The position numbers and the translations under genes were made by a program. Below the pieces are notes generated by a model. It was not told the origin of the DNA. It did not search any database and saw only the letters and a program-made list of their open reading frames with translations. 43,813 bases of DNA from a virus (Duplodnaviria; Caudoviricetes), in IMG/VR virus record IMGVR_UViG_3300036793_000032, positions 1 to 43,813 of that record; one strand, given 5' to 3'. Below, one piece after another: positions 25,734 through 34,864 of the stretch (positions are counted from its first letter, which is position 1; every line of letters starts with the position of its first letter).

Positions 25734-26120
25734 GTGGAACCAATTAATGACCGCAGATCGCCAATGATCGAGGTAACGGCTTTAACGAGAAGCGCTGCCA
25801 ATTTCTTAGTTGAAAGGGCAGAGCGACAGACCGGCTCGCGGATGGCGGCTTATGAATCTGTCGCGTCGACAGTAGGAACATCTGCGAGCTGGCTAAGGAA
25901 ATTCATCAAGGGCGACGAAGCAAAACAGCCCGGATGGATAACAGGGTGGAATATTCTCGATCAGTACAGCCGGATTTGTGATCGCGTCGAAGCAGAGATC
26001 GAGACAGAGCGGACCAGAATACTAGCGCTCAAGGGACAGTTCGATGCGGTTACTGAGACTTTTAATCGAGTGGTGGAGAGTTCGGCGCGAGCGGCGCCGG
26101 CTCGAACGAAGATAACGTAA
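25734..26120 (+). CDS. CII-like/HTH protein
   Basis: GGAG RBS; AYESVASTVGTSASWLRKFI HTH-like segment plus coiled coil; cII position. Confidence 0.6.
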   Translation: MEPINDRRSPMIEVTALTRSAANFLVERAERQTGSRMAAYESVASTVGTSASWLRKFIKGDEAKQPGWITGWNILDQYSRICDRVEAEIETERTRILALKGQFDAVTETFNRVVESSARAAPARTKIT

Positions 26121-26139
26121 CTTAGGAAATGGGGGGAAA

Positions 26140-26655
26140 ATGCTCGCGATTGACTACGGCTCCGAAGAATACATTCGTGTTAAAAACAGAAAATCCACCG
26201 ACTTATTGCTTGCCATGCTTAGGCAGCATCACGGCGAACCGGCTTTAGAAGAACCTGTTGTAGAGGAAATTGTTCCAGATCCTGAGCCGACGCACTCCGA
26301 ACGGGGGCCTCGATCGGCCTTTCAGAAGTGGATCGATAGCTTCGAGCCCATTCCTAACGTCAATAAATATCCGACCGTTCACGACATCAAGAAGTGCGTT
26401 TCGGAGCAATTCGACGTTCCGGTTCTTGACCTCGAATCTGCTCGGAAGACCAAGAAGATCGTGCTCGCTCGCCAAGTGGCGATGTACCTTCTCAAAGAAC
26501 TTACGCCGCGATCGTTCCCTGACATCGGAAGAAAGTTCGGAAATCGAGACCATAGTACCGTGATCTGGGCGGTCAGGCGCATAGAAGAAATGATGGGCGC
26601 TGATTCTGCGCTCGCAGAGATCGTTTCCGGGCTGAGCGCAAAGGTGCAAGCATGA
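26140..26655 (+). CDS. DnaA domain IV (DnaA-box-binding HTH) protein
   Basis: IKKCVSEQFDV...RKTKKIVLARQVAMYLLKELT..SFPDIGRKFGNRDHSTVIWAVRRIE. Confidence 0.9.
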   Translation: MLAIDYGSEEYIRVKNRKSTDLLLAMLRQHHGEPALEEPVVEEIVPDPEPTHSERGPRSAFQKWIDSFEPIPNVNKYPTVHDIKKCVSEQFDVPVLDLESARKTKKIVLARQVAMYLLKELTPRSFPDIGRKFGNRDHSTVIWAVRRIEEMMGADSALAEIVSGLSAKVQA

Positions 26656-27170
26656 AGCCGTTGCCGCTTCCATCTCAGTCGGTGCTTACAGATTGGTTCG
26701 ATTATGATCCATCTTCCGGAGTTTTTACATGGAAGAAAGAGCCCCGAAAGATTGGTTTATGTCTCGGCAAGAAGGCCGGGACGGTTAACCGCAATTACGT
26801 TTTCATCAAGGTGCCAGGGTTCGGCTCGCTCGGAGCACATCGTCTAGCATGGATTTATGTCCATGGCCTGACCATCGGCGGCGGCGAAATAGACCATATC
26901 GACGGCGATCCTTCGAACAACGCAATCGATAATTTGCGGCTTGCGACCTCTCGCGAGCAAAAGCGGAACAAGAAAGTTCAGTCCAATAACCGCTCAGGCT
27001 TGAAGGGTGCCTATTACCACGCCTGCCACAAGGGCAAGAAGTGGCGCACCCAAATCAAGGTTGGCGATGAACTAATTTTCCTCGGTTACTTCCACACGGC
27101 CGAAGAAGCGCACGCTGCATATGGCGCGGCTGCGATTGAGTACTTTGGTGAATTTGCGAGGACAGCATGA
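26652..27170 (+). CDS. HNH homing endonuclease with AP2-like domain
   Basis: AHRLAW...IDHIDGDPSNNAIDNLRLAT...SGLKG...LGYFHTAEEAHAAY. Confidence 0.9.
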   Translation: MKPLPLPSQSVLTDWFDYDPSSGVFTWKKEPRKIGLCLGKKAGTVNRNYVFIKVPGFGSLGAHRLAWIYVHGLTIGGGEIDHIDGDPSNNAIDNLRLATSREQKRNKKVQSNNRSGLKGAYYHACHKGKKWRTQIKVGDELIFLGYFHTAEEAHAAYGAAAIEYFGEFARTA

Positions 27171-27349
27171 ACTTAATTCTTTTGCTAGACCGCACTCGGC
27201 GCTTACCGCTCGACGCCCGCTATGCGGCGCTTATCGCGGCGAAACCGCACTTTAAACCGCGGAGCATCGACTACCAGCATTTGCTCAACGAGATCGAGAA
27301 GACGCAGTTCCGGCGGTTGCGGCGGGATGTGAGGAAGAGGGCGGCGTGA
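27167..27349 (+). CDS. Small basic hypothetical protein
   Basis: Coupled at both ends. Confidence 0.55.
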   Translation: MNLILLLDRTRRLPLDARYAALIAAKPHFKPRSIDYQHLLNEIEKTQFRRLRRDVRKRAA

Positions 27350-27540
27350 CCACGATCCGCAAGAGCGTCCCAACAGAAGGAATGGCCGAGAAATATCTTA
27401 CCGGCCATTGGCGATATGTAATGCCGGACTTCGACAAGCCCGGCAATTCGATCATTGAACAGAATCTCGAGTGCAACCGCGTTCCCATAGCAATTGATCA
27501 AAGCGAGGGTCCGCATGTCGGGAAGCTTTGCTCCTCCTAA
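27346..27540 (+). CDS. Hypothetical protein
   Basis: GTGA-coupled start. Confidence 0.5.
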   Translation: MTTIRKSVPTEGMAEKYLTGHWRYVMPDFDKPGNSIIEQNLECNRVPIAIDQSEGPHVGKLCSS

Positions 27541-27985
27541 GACTCGCTTTTTCGACAAGGTGATCGATGACGCGAATGGCTGTCATATCTGGACGGCTTG
27601 TCGCAATAAAGCTGGATACGGGATGTTCGGCATAGAAGGCAGAATTTATCTCGCTCACCGGCTGGCCTGGGAATGGGAAAATGGGCCCATCCCTGATTCC
27701 ATGCATGTTTGCCATGCATGTGACGTTCCCGCTTGCGTTAACACCTCGCATCTCTTTCTGGGAACTCAGGCTGACAATATGGCCGACAAGGTAAGAAAAG
27801 GAAGAGATTTGCGTGGCGAACGCCATTGCCGAGCAAAGCTGAGTGCTGCCCAAGTTCGACAGATCAGAAGCATCATCAACATGACTCACAAAGAGATAGC
27901 TCTTCTCTTTGGTGTGTCTCGCTCTGCGATTACCCGGATTCGAAACTTTACCTATTGGAACGACAGAAAGGCTTTTGTCAGATGA
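27515..27985 (+). CDS. HNH endonuclease with C-terminal HTH
   Basis: GCHIW...GYG...AHRLAW...VCHACDVPACVNTSHLFLGTQADNMAD; HKEIALLFGVSRSAI. Confidence 0.9.
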   Translation: MSGSFAPPKTRFFDKVIDDANGCHIWTACRNKAGYGMFGIEGRIYLAHRLAWEWENGPIPDSMHVCHACDVPACVNTSHLFLGTQADNMADKVRKGRDLRGERHCRAKLSAAQVRQIRSIINMTHKEIALLFGVSRSAITRIRNFTYWNDRKAFVR

Positions 27986-28230
27986 CCGATCGGGGCCACA
28001 ACAGCAATTCTCAACTTAAATCCCTTGTCGAGCGCATTGAGCACGAGGAAGCCGCAAAGGCTGAGATAGCTGAGGACATTAAGGAAATCTACCTAGAAGC
28101 CAAGAGCGCAGGCTATTGCCCAAAAACGCTCCGTAAGATCGTCGCAATCCGTAAGAAAGACCCATCAGCGCGTGCCGAAGAGGCGGCCCTCCTCGAGACA
28201 TATCTTAACGCATTAGGAATGGAGTCTTGA
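27982..28230 (+). CDS. gapR: GapR-family (DUF2312) nucleoid-associated protein
   Basis: QLKSLVERIE..EAAKAEIAEDIKEIYLEAKSAGY.PKTLRKIVAIRK....R.EE.ALLETY..ALGM. Confidence 0.9.
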   Translation: MTDRGHNSNSQLKSLVERIEHEEAAKAEIAEDIKEIYLEAKSAGYCPKTLRKIVAIRKKDPSARAEEAALLETYLNALGMES

Positions 28231-28721
28231 GCAAAAGAGACCTCTGGATGCCGCTAAACGTCGGAGACTATCTGGCGGACACCGGTCATCTAACGACCAC
28301 CCAGCACGGCGCTTATTTACTCCTGCTCATGCATTATTGGCGCAAGCGCGAGTTGCCGTCTGACGACAAACAGCTAGCAGCAATTGCTAAACTTCCGCTA
28401 CGCATTTGGTTGGATACAAAGGAAACGCTCCAGGCGTTCTTTTATGACGGCTGGAAGCACAAGCGCGTCGAGGTCGAGATTCAGAAACGGGTCGAGGTTT
28501 CGGAGAAGAGAGCTGCGGCCGGTTACAAGGGTGGGAGTCGAACACAGATGAACCGAGCCATCATTGAAGCAAATGCTAGGATTTGCTCAAGCATGACACA
28601 TACACAAAGAAATATAACTTCTACCGTTAGTGTTGAGAGAGGGCCTGCCAAGGTCATTGGGGATGGTCCTAAGCCGCTCGTGAGCGCTGAAGCTGTGGCT
28701 CGAATGATGGGGAAGCATTGA
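28227..28721 (+). CDS. YdaU/DUF1376-family replication initiator-like protein
   Basis: WMPLNVGDYLADTGHLTTTQHGAYLLLLMHYW...LPSDDKQLAAIA. Confidence 0.88.
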   Translation: MSKRDLWMPLNVGDYLADTGHLTTTQHGAYLLLLMHYWRKRELPSDDKQLAAIAKLPLRIWLDTKETLQAFFYDGWKHKRVEVEIQKRVEVSEKRAAAGYKGGSRTQMNRAIIEANARICSSMTHTQRNITSTVSVERGPAKVIGDGPKPLVSAEAVARMMGKH

Positions 28722-28722
28722 A

Positions 28723-29340
28723 ATGCAGGGGGCAGAGGCAATCGTGAGCAAGCGCAACATCCGGAGAACGGGGATTCCGGCGACCAAGCGGGGAAGGCCG
28801 CGGAAGACGAACGTCGTTCGGGACGCGAGCGGCAAATCAAGGGGGGAGATCGTGGACTTTTCTGTGGTGCTGAATCAGCCGCATCGACGAGATGCCAAGG
28901 GCGACGCGCGGAAGTCGGAATTGCTTGGGTATCCGCTGGGGCGGCTTCGGCTCGGAGATCAGATTTCCGAGCTCCAGCATCGCACCGGCAACGAATGGGC
29001 GCTCTTGGTCCGCAGTTATGCCGGGACGTTCGGGCTTCCGTTCGGATCACCTCGATCTGGAAGTGATGTGGGTGGCGTTGCGGCGCCCGCCTATGCGTTC
29101 TCTGCCGACGATGCACGACATGACGCCGAGGAGCACCGCAAGCGAGTCCTTGCCCTTCGCTCGCGATATGACGGCTGTTTTGAGCGGCTACTATCGCTCG
29201 GTCGATCACTCGGACGTGGCACGACGTTCTTAGTTGTGATGCGCCAGGTCTGTGTTGAAGAACGATATCCGAACGATCGCGAGCTTGGGGATATCCGGCT
29301 GGGACTCAACGCCTTGGCGCATGAGTTGGGAATTAAGTAA
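28723..29340 (+). CDS. Putative late-transcription regulator (Q-position gene)
   Basis: RGRPRK N-terminus, LGYPLGRL, LGLNALA C-terminus; last early gene before the late leader and terminator. Confidence 0.55.
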   Translation: MQGAEAIVSKRNIRRTGIPATKRGRPRKTNVVRDASGKSRGEIVDFSVVLNQPHRRDAKGDARKSELLGYPLGRLRLGDQISELQHRTGNEWALLVRSYAGTFGLPFGSPRSGSDVGGVAAPAYAFSADDARHDAEEHRKRVLALRSRYDGCFERLLSLGRSLGRGTTFLVVMRQVCVEERYPNDRELGDIRLGLNALAHELGIK

Positions 29341-29401
29341 AATGGGGGCTTGTGGCGAAATTCTGATTCGTGTAGGCGAAATGCAATGGTTGTGATTTGC
29401 G

Positions 29402-29431
29402 CCCCGCTGGAGGAATCCACGCGGGGTTTTT
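29402..29431 (+). terminator. Terminator in the late leader (tR'-like)
   Basis: CCCCGC-TGGAGGAATCCAC-GCGGGG-TTTTT. Confidence 0.75.
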
Positions 29432-29444
29432 CCTTTGAGGACTC

Positions 29445-29636
29445 ATGGAAATAGGTTCCGATGTGGCTTCTGGCGTGAATCCAGCCGCTCCTTCGAAGGA
29501 TGATGCGGTGATTTGTTGGGGTGAAAAATGCCAAGGGTGCTTCTCTGCGCCGTTTGGCGTAGACGCCCGCGCGCGTCACGTTCCTGCAATTAGTTGTCGT
29601 TGCATGCGTGAATGTCAGGGATGGAAAACGCAGTAA
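29445..29636 (+). CDS. Small Cys-rich hypothetical protein
   Basis: GAGG RBS immediately after the terminator. Confidence 0.45.
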   Translation: MEIGSDVASGVNPAAPSKDDAVICWGEKCQGCFSAPFGVDARARHVPAISCRCMRECQGWKTQ

Positions 29637-30202
29637 GTGGCTTCTCCCCCCTTCGTTTCAGCATTTACGCCAGAGACCTATCACAAGCCGTAGCTCAACT
29701 AGCCAGAGAACGACAGATGGGCATTGCGCAGCTTAGGGAGCAGTTGGGGGCCGATCTCACCATGCAGGTAGGTGAGGGCGGCAAGACCGAGGTCTACACG
29801 TTGGGCGACAAGACAGCCCAAGTGCCAGCAGGATCATCACCAACCCAAATCGCCGCAGCTCTGAATGTCCAGAAGATCAACCAGATTGCCGGACCCGTCA
29901 TGACCGATCCGCTTCCGACTGTGACCCTTGCGCCCGCAGCACCCCCCACACCAGCCAAACCGGCTCCGGGCAGTTTTGCGGCAAGCATTCGTGCGATCAT
30001 GAACGAAGCTCGCGATGGCCTCGCGCAGGCTCGTGCTGACGGTATCGCTCAAGTCCGTGAGGCTGTGGGCGATCTTCAGCAGGTCACGGCGCAGACCAAG
30101 CAAGTCACCGGCAGCATGGTCAAGACGATTCAGGATGAGACCGCCACCGCCCGCGCCGAGCTCGGCCAAATCAGCAACATGCCCCCAGAGGATGCACAAT
30201 GA
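29612..30202 (+). CDS. Hypothetical protein (start uncertain, possibly 29717)
   Basis: Pro-rich linker and helical C-terminus; ATGA-coupled to the next gene. Confidence 0.6.
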   Translation: MSGMENAVSGFSPLRFSIYARDLSQAVAQLARERQMGIAQLREQLGADLTMQVGEGGKTEVYTLGDKTAQVPAGSSPTQIAAALNVQKINQIAGPVMTDPLPTVTLAPAAPPTPAKPAPGSFAASIRAIMNEARDGLAQARADGIAQVREAVGDLQQVTAQTKQVTGSMVKTIQDETATARAELGQISNMPPEDAQ

Positions 30203-30399
30203 GCAAGCTTTCATCCAAACAGCGCAAGGCTCTGCCCGCCAGCAAATTCGCCGGCCCGAACCGCTCGTTTCCGATCACTGACAAGAACCACGCCAAGGCA
30301 GCCCTGATAGACGTGAACAAAGCCAAGGGCCTGACGAGCTCGGAGAAGAGCAATATCCGGTCTCGGGCGAAGGGTCTGCTTGGGAAAATTGGGAAGTAA
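30199..30399 (+). CDS. DUF6582-like small basic protein
   Basis: LSSKQRKALPASKFAGPNRSFPITDKNHAKAAL. Confidence 0.7.
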   Translation: MSKLSSKQRKALPASKFAGPNRSFPITDKNHAKAALIDVNKAKGLTSSEKSNIRSRAKGLLGKIGK

Positions 30400-30426
30400 C
30401 ATTGAAATCAATCAAGTCTAATCAAG

Positions 30427-30861
30427 ATGGCACACGGCGGTAAGAGGATTGGGGCTGGAAGGCCCGCAGGCGCCGTTACGACGCGCACCCGTGAGGTTGC
30501 TGAGCAAGCCTTAGCTGAGGGCAAGTCTCCGCTAGAGGTGATGCTGGAGAACATGCGGCACTTCCAGAAGGTTGCGCTCGACGCCGAAGCGACTCTAGAG
30601 GGCCTAACTGTTTCTGAATTTACCGGTAAGGTGTCAGCGGATACGCCCGAAGAACAATTCAAGGCATTGCTGGCGCAGGTAAAGAAAACAGCCGGTTTCC
30701 GTCAGATGGCGCAAGAGTGCGCCCGTGATGCCGCCCCGTTCATGCATGCAAGGCTCGCAGCCGTAACGATCGGCGGTGATGAAGAAAGCCCCCTCAAACT
30801 CATCCATCGGATCGAGCGTGTCATCAAGGACGTTGCGGATACCAACGGCGAGGGTGTTTGA
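30427..30861 (+). CDS. terS: Terminase small subunit
   Basis: HGGKRIGAGRP N-terminus, SPLEVML, AAPFMHARL; directly upstream of terL. Confidence 0.75.
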   Translation: MAHGGKRIGAGRPAGAVTTRTREVAEQALAEGKSPLEVMLENMRHFQKVALDAEATLEGLTVSEFTGKVSADTPEEQFKALLAQVKKTAGFRQMAQECARDAAPFMHARLAAVTIGGDEESPLKLIHRIERVIKDVADTNGEGV

Positions 30862-32128
30862 GCCGCTGCTCAAGCCTGCCCGCTACAAGGGCGCGCATGG
30901 TGGTCGCGGTTCTGGAAAATCGCATTTCTTCGCCGGCCTGGCTGTCGAGGATGCTCTGATCGAGCCGGGTAATTCCGGGGAAGGATTGCGTACAGTCTGC
31001 ATTCGTGAGGTCCAGAAAGACCTCAAGGAAAGCGCCAAGCTCCTGATCGAGGACAAACTGAGCCAATTCGGGCTTGGCGAAGCTGACGGGTTCAAGGTCT
31101 ACAACGATTCAATTCGCACTCCGAAAGATGGCGTGATCATCTTCAAGGGCATGCAGGATTACACGGCGGAATCGATAAAGTCGCTGGAGAACTTCAAGCG
31201 GGCCTGGGTCGAGGAAGCCCAGACACTGACTGCTCGTAGCTTGACCATGCTGCGCCCGACGATCCGCGCCGAAGGATCTGAGATTTGGGCGAGCTGGAAT
31301 CCGCGGCGAAAGTCTGATGCGATTGATGATTTCTTGCGAGGCAAACGGCCCAATAATGCGGCCGTTGTCCAAGCGAACTGGAAAGATAATCCCTGGTTCC
31401 CGCAAGTCCTGAAGGACGAACGGGCAATCGATCTCGAGAAATACCCCGAACGCTGCGGGCATGTGTGGGACGGTGAATATGCCACGGCATTCGAGGGGGC
31501 GTACTTCGCGCAGTTGCTATCCAGGGCACGGCAGGAAGGCCGCATAGGCGTTGTTTCGGCTGACCCGTTGTTGCCCATCAAGGGATTCTGGGACATCGGG
31601 GGTGCAGGCGCCAAGGCCGACGCGAACGCAATTTGGATCGCTCAGTTTGTTGGCGATCAGATCAAGATACTCGATTACATCGAGGGCCAAAGTCAACCGA
31701 TCGGCTACTACACGGCGTTATTACGCCAGCGTGGGCATCAGGACGTGACGATGTATCTGCCGCACGACGGTGTGAAGCCAGATCCAATCGGCAAGCGCTT
31801 TGAAGATCATTTGAGAGATGCAGGCTTTCAGGTTGAGCCTCCTGTGAAAAACCAGGGAACCGGCGCGGCGATGATGCGCGTTGAAGCGGTGAGACGAATT
31901 GGCCCGAAACTTTGGTTTAACGAAGCGACAACCGAGCCTGGCAGAGATGCTCTCGGTTTCTACCATGAAAAGAAGGATGAGGCGCGCAATGTGGGTCTCG
32001 GTCCTGATCACGATTGGTCGTCGCATGCTGCGGATGCGTTCGGCCTGATGGCAATCGTTTACGAAGAGCCAAGCCGGACTCGCGCGTTCAACCGTCCACT
32101 CCAATACGCCAACCAGGGCTACGCATGA
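30818..32128 (+). CDS. terL: Terminase large subunit (PBSX-like)
   Basis: GGRGSGKS Walker A, WVEEAQ Walker B, WDIG and HDWSSHAADAF nuclease motifs; GTG 30818 or ATG 30776 start. Confidence 0.95.
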   Translation: MSSRTLRIPTARVFEPLLKPARYKGAHGGRGSGKSHFFAGLAVEDALIEPGNSGEGLRTVCIREVQKDLKESAKLLIEDKLSQFGLGEADGFKVYNDSIRTPKDGVIIFKGMQDYTAESIKSLENFKRAWVEEAQTLTARSLTMLRPTIRAEGSEIWASWNPRRKSDAIDDFLRGKRPNNAAVVQANWKDNPWFPQVLKDERAIDLEKYPERCGHVWDGEYATAFEGAYFAQLLSRARQEGRIGVVSADPLLPIKGFWDIGGAGAKADANAIWIAQFVGDQIKILDYIEGQSQPIGYYTALLRQRGHQDVTMYLPHDGVKPDPIGKRFEDHLRDAGFQVEPPVKNQGTGAAMMRVEAVRRIGPKLWFNEATTEPGRDALGFYHEKKDEARNVGLGPDHDWSSHAADAFGLMAIVYEEPSRTRAFNRPLQYANQGYA

Positions 32129-32310
32129 AGTGGACGCCTGACGTGATCGCCGCCGAGATCGATAAGACGCGGCTCGCGATCAAGGTTGCCCTGCATGCCG
32201 GCGACATGAAATTCGCTCAGCTTCTGGTCTCGAAAACGGTCGGGCTGAGGATTTGTGGAGGCGAGATCGCTGTGAAGCTGCGCGCTGTTCCGGCTCAGTG
32301 GGCTAAGTAA
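32125..32310 (+). CDS. Hypothetical protein between terL and portal
   Basis: MKWTPDVIAAEI; overlaps terL stop and portal start. Confidence 0.55.
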   Translation: MKWTPDVIAAEIDKTRLAIKVALHAGDMKFAQLLVSKTVGLRICGGEIAVKLRAVPAQWAK

Positions 32311-34541
32311 TGGCCGGCAAAGAAATGTCCCCAGAAGTTCTCGGCGCGATGCTGGGGAGCCAGAAGGCGGATGCACTTGCCGCGCTTCAGTCAGCCCGGC
32401 TCTCTATCGACCGCGAGCGCGCCGAAGACTATTACCTGGGGGACATGCGTGCGGACATGCCGGCGCAGGAAGGCCGGTCGCGCGCTGTTTCGTCCGACGT
32501 TGCCGATACTATTGAAGGCCTGATGCCATCGCTGATGGACATTTTCTGTTCATCGGACGAAGTCGTGAAGTTCGAGCCTGCCGGCGCCGACGACGAAGCC
32601 GCTGCGCAGCAGGAAACCGACTACGTCAACCACGTCTTCATGCAGCAGAATCCCGGCTTCATGGTGATGTATTCCTTCATCAAGGATTCATTGCTATCGA
32701 AGAATGGCTTCGTCAAGATTTGGTGGGAAAAGCGCGAACAGTCCGAAGACGAGACCTATTACGATCTGCAGGACGATCAGTTTGCCATGCTGGCGCAGGA
32801 TGTCCTCGCGCCGGATTCCGGACTGGAGATTGTCGAGCACACTGAGCGGCAGGAGCCGGGCGCACCAGATCCAGTGTCAGGCCAGCCAGGACCTCCGATC
32901 AACCTGCATGATGTCAAGATCGTCAGGACCAAGACTTATCAGCAGGCGAAAGTCCTTGGCGTTCCTCCCGAAGAGTTCGGGATTGAGCGCAGCGCCCGCA
33001 CGATCGCGGATTGCAATTACTGCTTCCATGAGGTCGTCACCAAAAGCCGCGCTCAGCTCATTGCGGAAGGCTATGACGAGGATGAAGTCAACGCGCTGGA
33101 AGACTACAACGGCACGAACAACACCGAGGAAATGGCTCGTGATACCGTTGATGAGGCCTTCTGGGCGGTGAGCTCGGCCAACAAATCAGCTCAGATCGTC
33201 AAGATCACCGAGCATTATGTTCGGATGGACTACAAGGGCAACGGGAAGGCCGATCTCTACCAGGTCGTGACCGGCGGCGAAATGGGTCAGGTCATGACTC
33301 GTGACGGCAAGATGGCCTGCGAGCCCTGCGATGTGATCCCGTTTGCCTCGATGACGCCGGTTCCGATTACACATCGGTTCTTTGGTCGATCGATCGCTGA
33401 CCTTGTGATGGATATTCAGCGGATCAAGACCGCGCTCCTTCGCTCGCTGCTCGACAACAAGTATCTGTCGAACAATCCCCGGGTTGAGGTCGCGGAATCG
33501 AACGCGGGTCCGAATACCTTGGATGACCTGTTGGTGTCCCGGCCTGGCGGGGTGATCCGGACCAAGACAGTCGGCGGCTTGAACTGGCAAGTTGTCCCCG
33601 ACGTTTCCGCCTCGACGTATCCTGCGCTCGAGTACATGGATACGATCAAGGAAATGCGTACCGGCGTGACGCGTCAAGGGCAGGGTGTCGATGCCAATGC
33701 CCTGATCAACCAGAGCGCCACAGCTGTTGCGCAGGCTTTCTCGGCCTCCCAAGCCAAGATGAAGCTGATTGCGCGGATTTTCGCTGAAACCGGCGTGCGC
33801 GATATGTTTTCGCTGCTTCATGCTGTGATCAGGAAGCATGGTCAGGAAGCCGCAACGTTCCGAGTCCGTAAGACTTGGGTACAAACCGATCCGCGCTCCT
33901 GGAAAACCCGCAATGATATGTCAGTCAAGGTCGGGCTCGGGGATGGTGGCAAAGCCGAGCAGTTCGCCAAGATGATGGGCATTGCGAACATCCAGAAGGA
34001 AATGCTGTCGGGCGGCAAGACCAACCTGGTCGACGATCAGAAGCTCTACAATAGCGCATCCGCGATCGTGAAAATCTCGGGTTACAAGAACCCGGACGAT
34101 TTCTTCAACGACCCGTCTGAAAAGAACCCGGATGGCAGCCCGAAATATCCGCCGCCACAGCCGCAGCCGAGCCCCGATATGGTCAAGGTGCAAGGCCAGA
34201 TGCAGCTCGAGCAGCAGAAGCAGCAGCATGATCAGGCCAAGGACCAAAGCCAAGCCCTGATCGACCAGAGCAAGTCCCAAGCTGACATCGCGGCGCAGGA
34301 TCGTAAGACCCAAGCCGAAATGATCCAGACCGAGCGCGAATACCAGCTCAAGGAGCGGTTGGCGCTGTTGGAAGCCCAACTCAAGGAGCGCGCCGACCAG
34401 CGAGCCCATGAGCAGCACATGCTCGACATGCAGCACAAGCGAGAATTGCACGAGCATACGCTGCAGAAGGGCACGTTAGGTCTCATTGCGACCGCACAGA
34501 GCCATGATCAGAAGATGGCGCAAGCCAAGGAGCCGGCGTGA
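32310..34541 (+). CDS. Portal protein (P22-like, with C-terminal helical barrel)
   Basis: 743 aa; GRSRAVSSDVADTIE..MPSLM.IF, AAQQETDYVNHVF, Q-rich coiled-coil tail. Confidence 0.92.
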   Translation: MAGKEMSPEVLGAMLGSQKADALAALQSARLSIDRERAEDYYLGDMRADMPAQEGRSRAVSSDVADTIEGLMPSLMDIFCSSDEVVKFEPAGADDEAAAQQETDYVNHVFMQQNPGFMVMYSFIKDSLLSKNGFVKIWWEKREQSEDETYYDLQDDQFAMLAQDVLAPDSGLEIVEHTERQEPGAPDPVSGQPGPPINLHDVKIVRTKTYQQAKVLGVPPEEFGIERSARTIADCNYCFHEVVTKSRAQLIAEGYDEDEVNALEDYNGTNNTEEMARDTVDEAFWAVSSANKSAQIVKITEHYVRMDYKGNGKADLYQVVTGGEMGQVMTRDGKMACEPCDVIPFASMTPVPITHRFFGRSIADLVMDIQRIKTALLRSLLDNKYLSNNPRVEVAESNAGPNTLDDLLVSRPGGVIRTKTVGGLNWQVVPDVSASTYPALEYMDTIKEMRTGVTRQGQGVDANALINQSATAVAQAFSASQAKMKLIARIFAETGVRDMFSLLHAVIRKHGQEAATFRVRKTWVQTDPRSWKTRNDMSVKVGLGDGGKAEQFAKMMGIANIQKEMLSGGKTNLVDDQKLYNSASAIVKISGYKNPDDFFNDPSEKNPDGSPKYPPPQPQPSPDMVKVQGQMQLEQQKQQHDQAKDQSQALIDQSKSQADIAAQDRKTQAEMIQTEREYQLKERLALLEAQLKERADQRAHEQHMLDMQHKRELHEHTLQKGTLGLIATAQSHDQKMAQAKEPA

Positions 34542-34843
34542 TCGACGAAGCCAAGCTCCTGAAAGACGCCGAGCGCGCCATGCGCGCCGAGCAGCTTCTT
34601 GGCAATGAGATGCTCAATGAAGCGTTCGCCGATCTGGAGCAGGAATACACTAAGGCGCTGTTTCTAACGCATATCGACGCCGCTGGAGCCCGGGAAAAGC
34701 TATTCCTTGCAGTGAATGTGCTGCGCAAGGTGAAGGACCATCTGGGCACGATCGTCCAGAACGGAAAGCTCGCCAATCGTGAGCTGAAAGAACTCGCTGA
34801 AGCTGCCGAACGGCAGAAAACCTGGCCGGAAGTTCGGCCTTAA
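34538..34843 (+). CDS. Conserved head-module protein
   Basis: RAEQLL.NEML.EAF...REKLF; usual position after the portal. Confidence 0.7.
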   Translation: MIDEAKLLKDAERAMRAEQLLGNEMLNEAFADLEQEYTKALFLTHIDAAGAREKLFLAVNVLRKVKDHLGTIVQNGKLANRELKELAEAAERQKTWPEVRP

Positions 34844-34864
34844 ACTACAAACATAGGATCATTC

